From NCBI GenBank assembly GCA_964450355.1, contig CAYVDH010000002.1, positions 1 through 59,635 of the forward strand: DNA of 59,635 nt, read 5' to 3'. Within the stretch, counting starts at the first letter, position 1; each line of letters opens with the position of its first letter. Both the position numbers and the translations under genes were made by a program. The notes below the pieces were generated by a model. It did not search any database. It worked only from the letters and a program-made list of their open reading frames with translations, and had not been told where the DNA came from. Positions 59,421 through 59,635 of this stretch are shown in pieces. The stretch comes from an uncultured Flavobacteriaceae bacterium (GTDB lineage: Bacteria > Bacteroidota > Bacteroidia > NS11-12g > UBA955).

Positions 59421-59635
59421 CTTAAGAATTAAATAGTGAAAGTGTAAATAATTCAACATAGCTTGCCTATAATAGAACAATTGCAATATGCAGGGTTTCG
59501 TATTTTAAAGACGGTTTTTTAAAAATCAACTTATTGCAATGGACTAAAAGACATAGCATTTTATGAATGGAACCGATTCACCTGACTTGTCCACTTTAGT
59601 GCAACAAATCAAGTTTGAATAATATATCTTCTGCC

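Overview
This is an AT-rich, Bacteroidota-type chromosomal segment. Signal peptides end in ...AQ/SQ, four proteins end in Por/T9SS C-terminal sorting domains, and there are -33 TTTG / -7 TAnnTTTG promoter-like boxes. Layout: (i) 0.2-28 kb is a surface/secreted-protein island with two paralogous cassettes. Each cassette has a >2000-aa signal-peptide protein followed closely by a 640-700-aa FN3-like repeat protein and a third gene (a PKD lipoprotein in copy 1, a 577-aa OM beta-barrel-like protein in copy 2). Between the cassettes lie T9SS cargo genes (esterase, SBBP propeller, FG-GAP-like), a papain-like C1 peptidase-LamG lipoprotein and a PAS-LuxR regulator. (ii) 28.3-32.2 kb is a tight minus-strand operon: M48 metalloprotease, three tandem AIM24/TIGR00266 paralogs, then an alpha/beta hydrolase. 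(iii) A 1304-aa protein combines a barrel-like N-domain with a Cys-punctuated coiled coil. (iv) The housekeeping genes rimP-nusA (no infB after them) and leuS follow. leuS carries an in-frame ~170-codon DUF559/Vsr-like endonuclease insertion bracketed by GC-rich hairpin repeats. (v) A 4058-aa T9SS adhesin-like protein is built from five ~1.68-kb modules. (vi) An overlapping DUF4062-like + AlbA_2/HATPase_c_4 gene pair sits at the right edge. I recognised no rRNA, tRNA, CRISPR array, transposase or integrase. All family assignments come from motif recognition by eye, not from searches.
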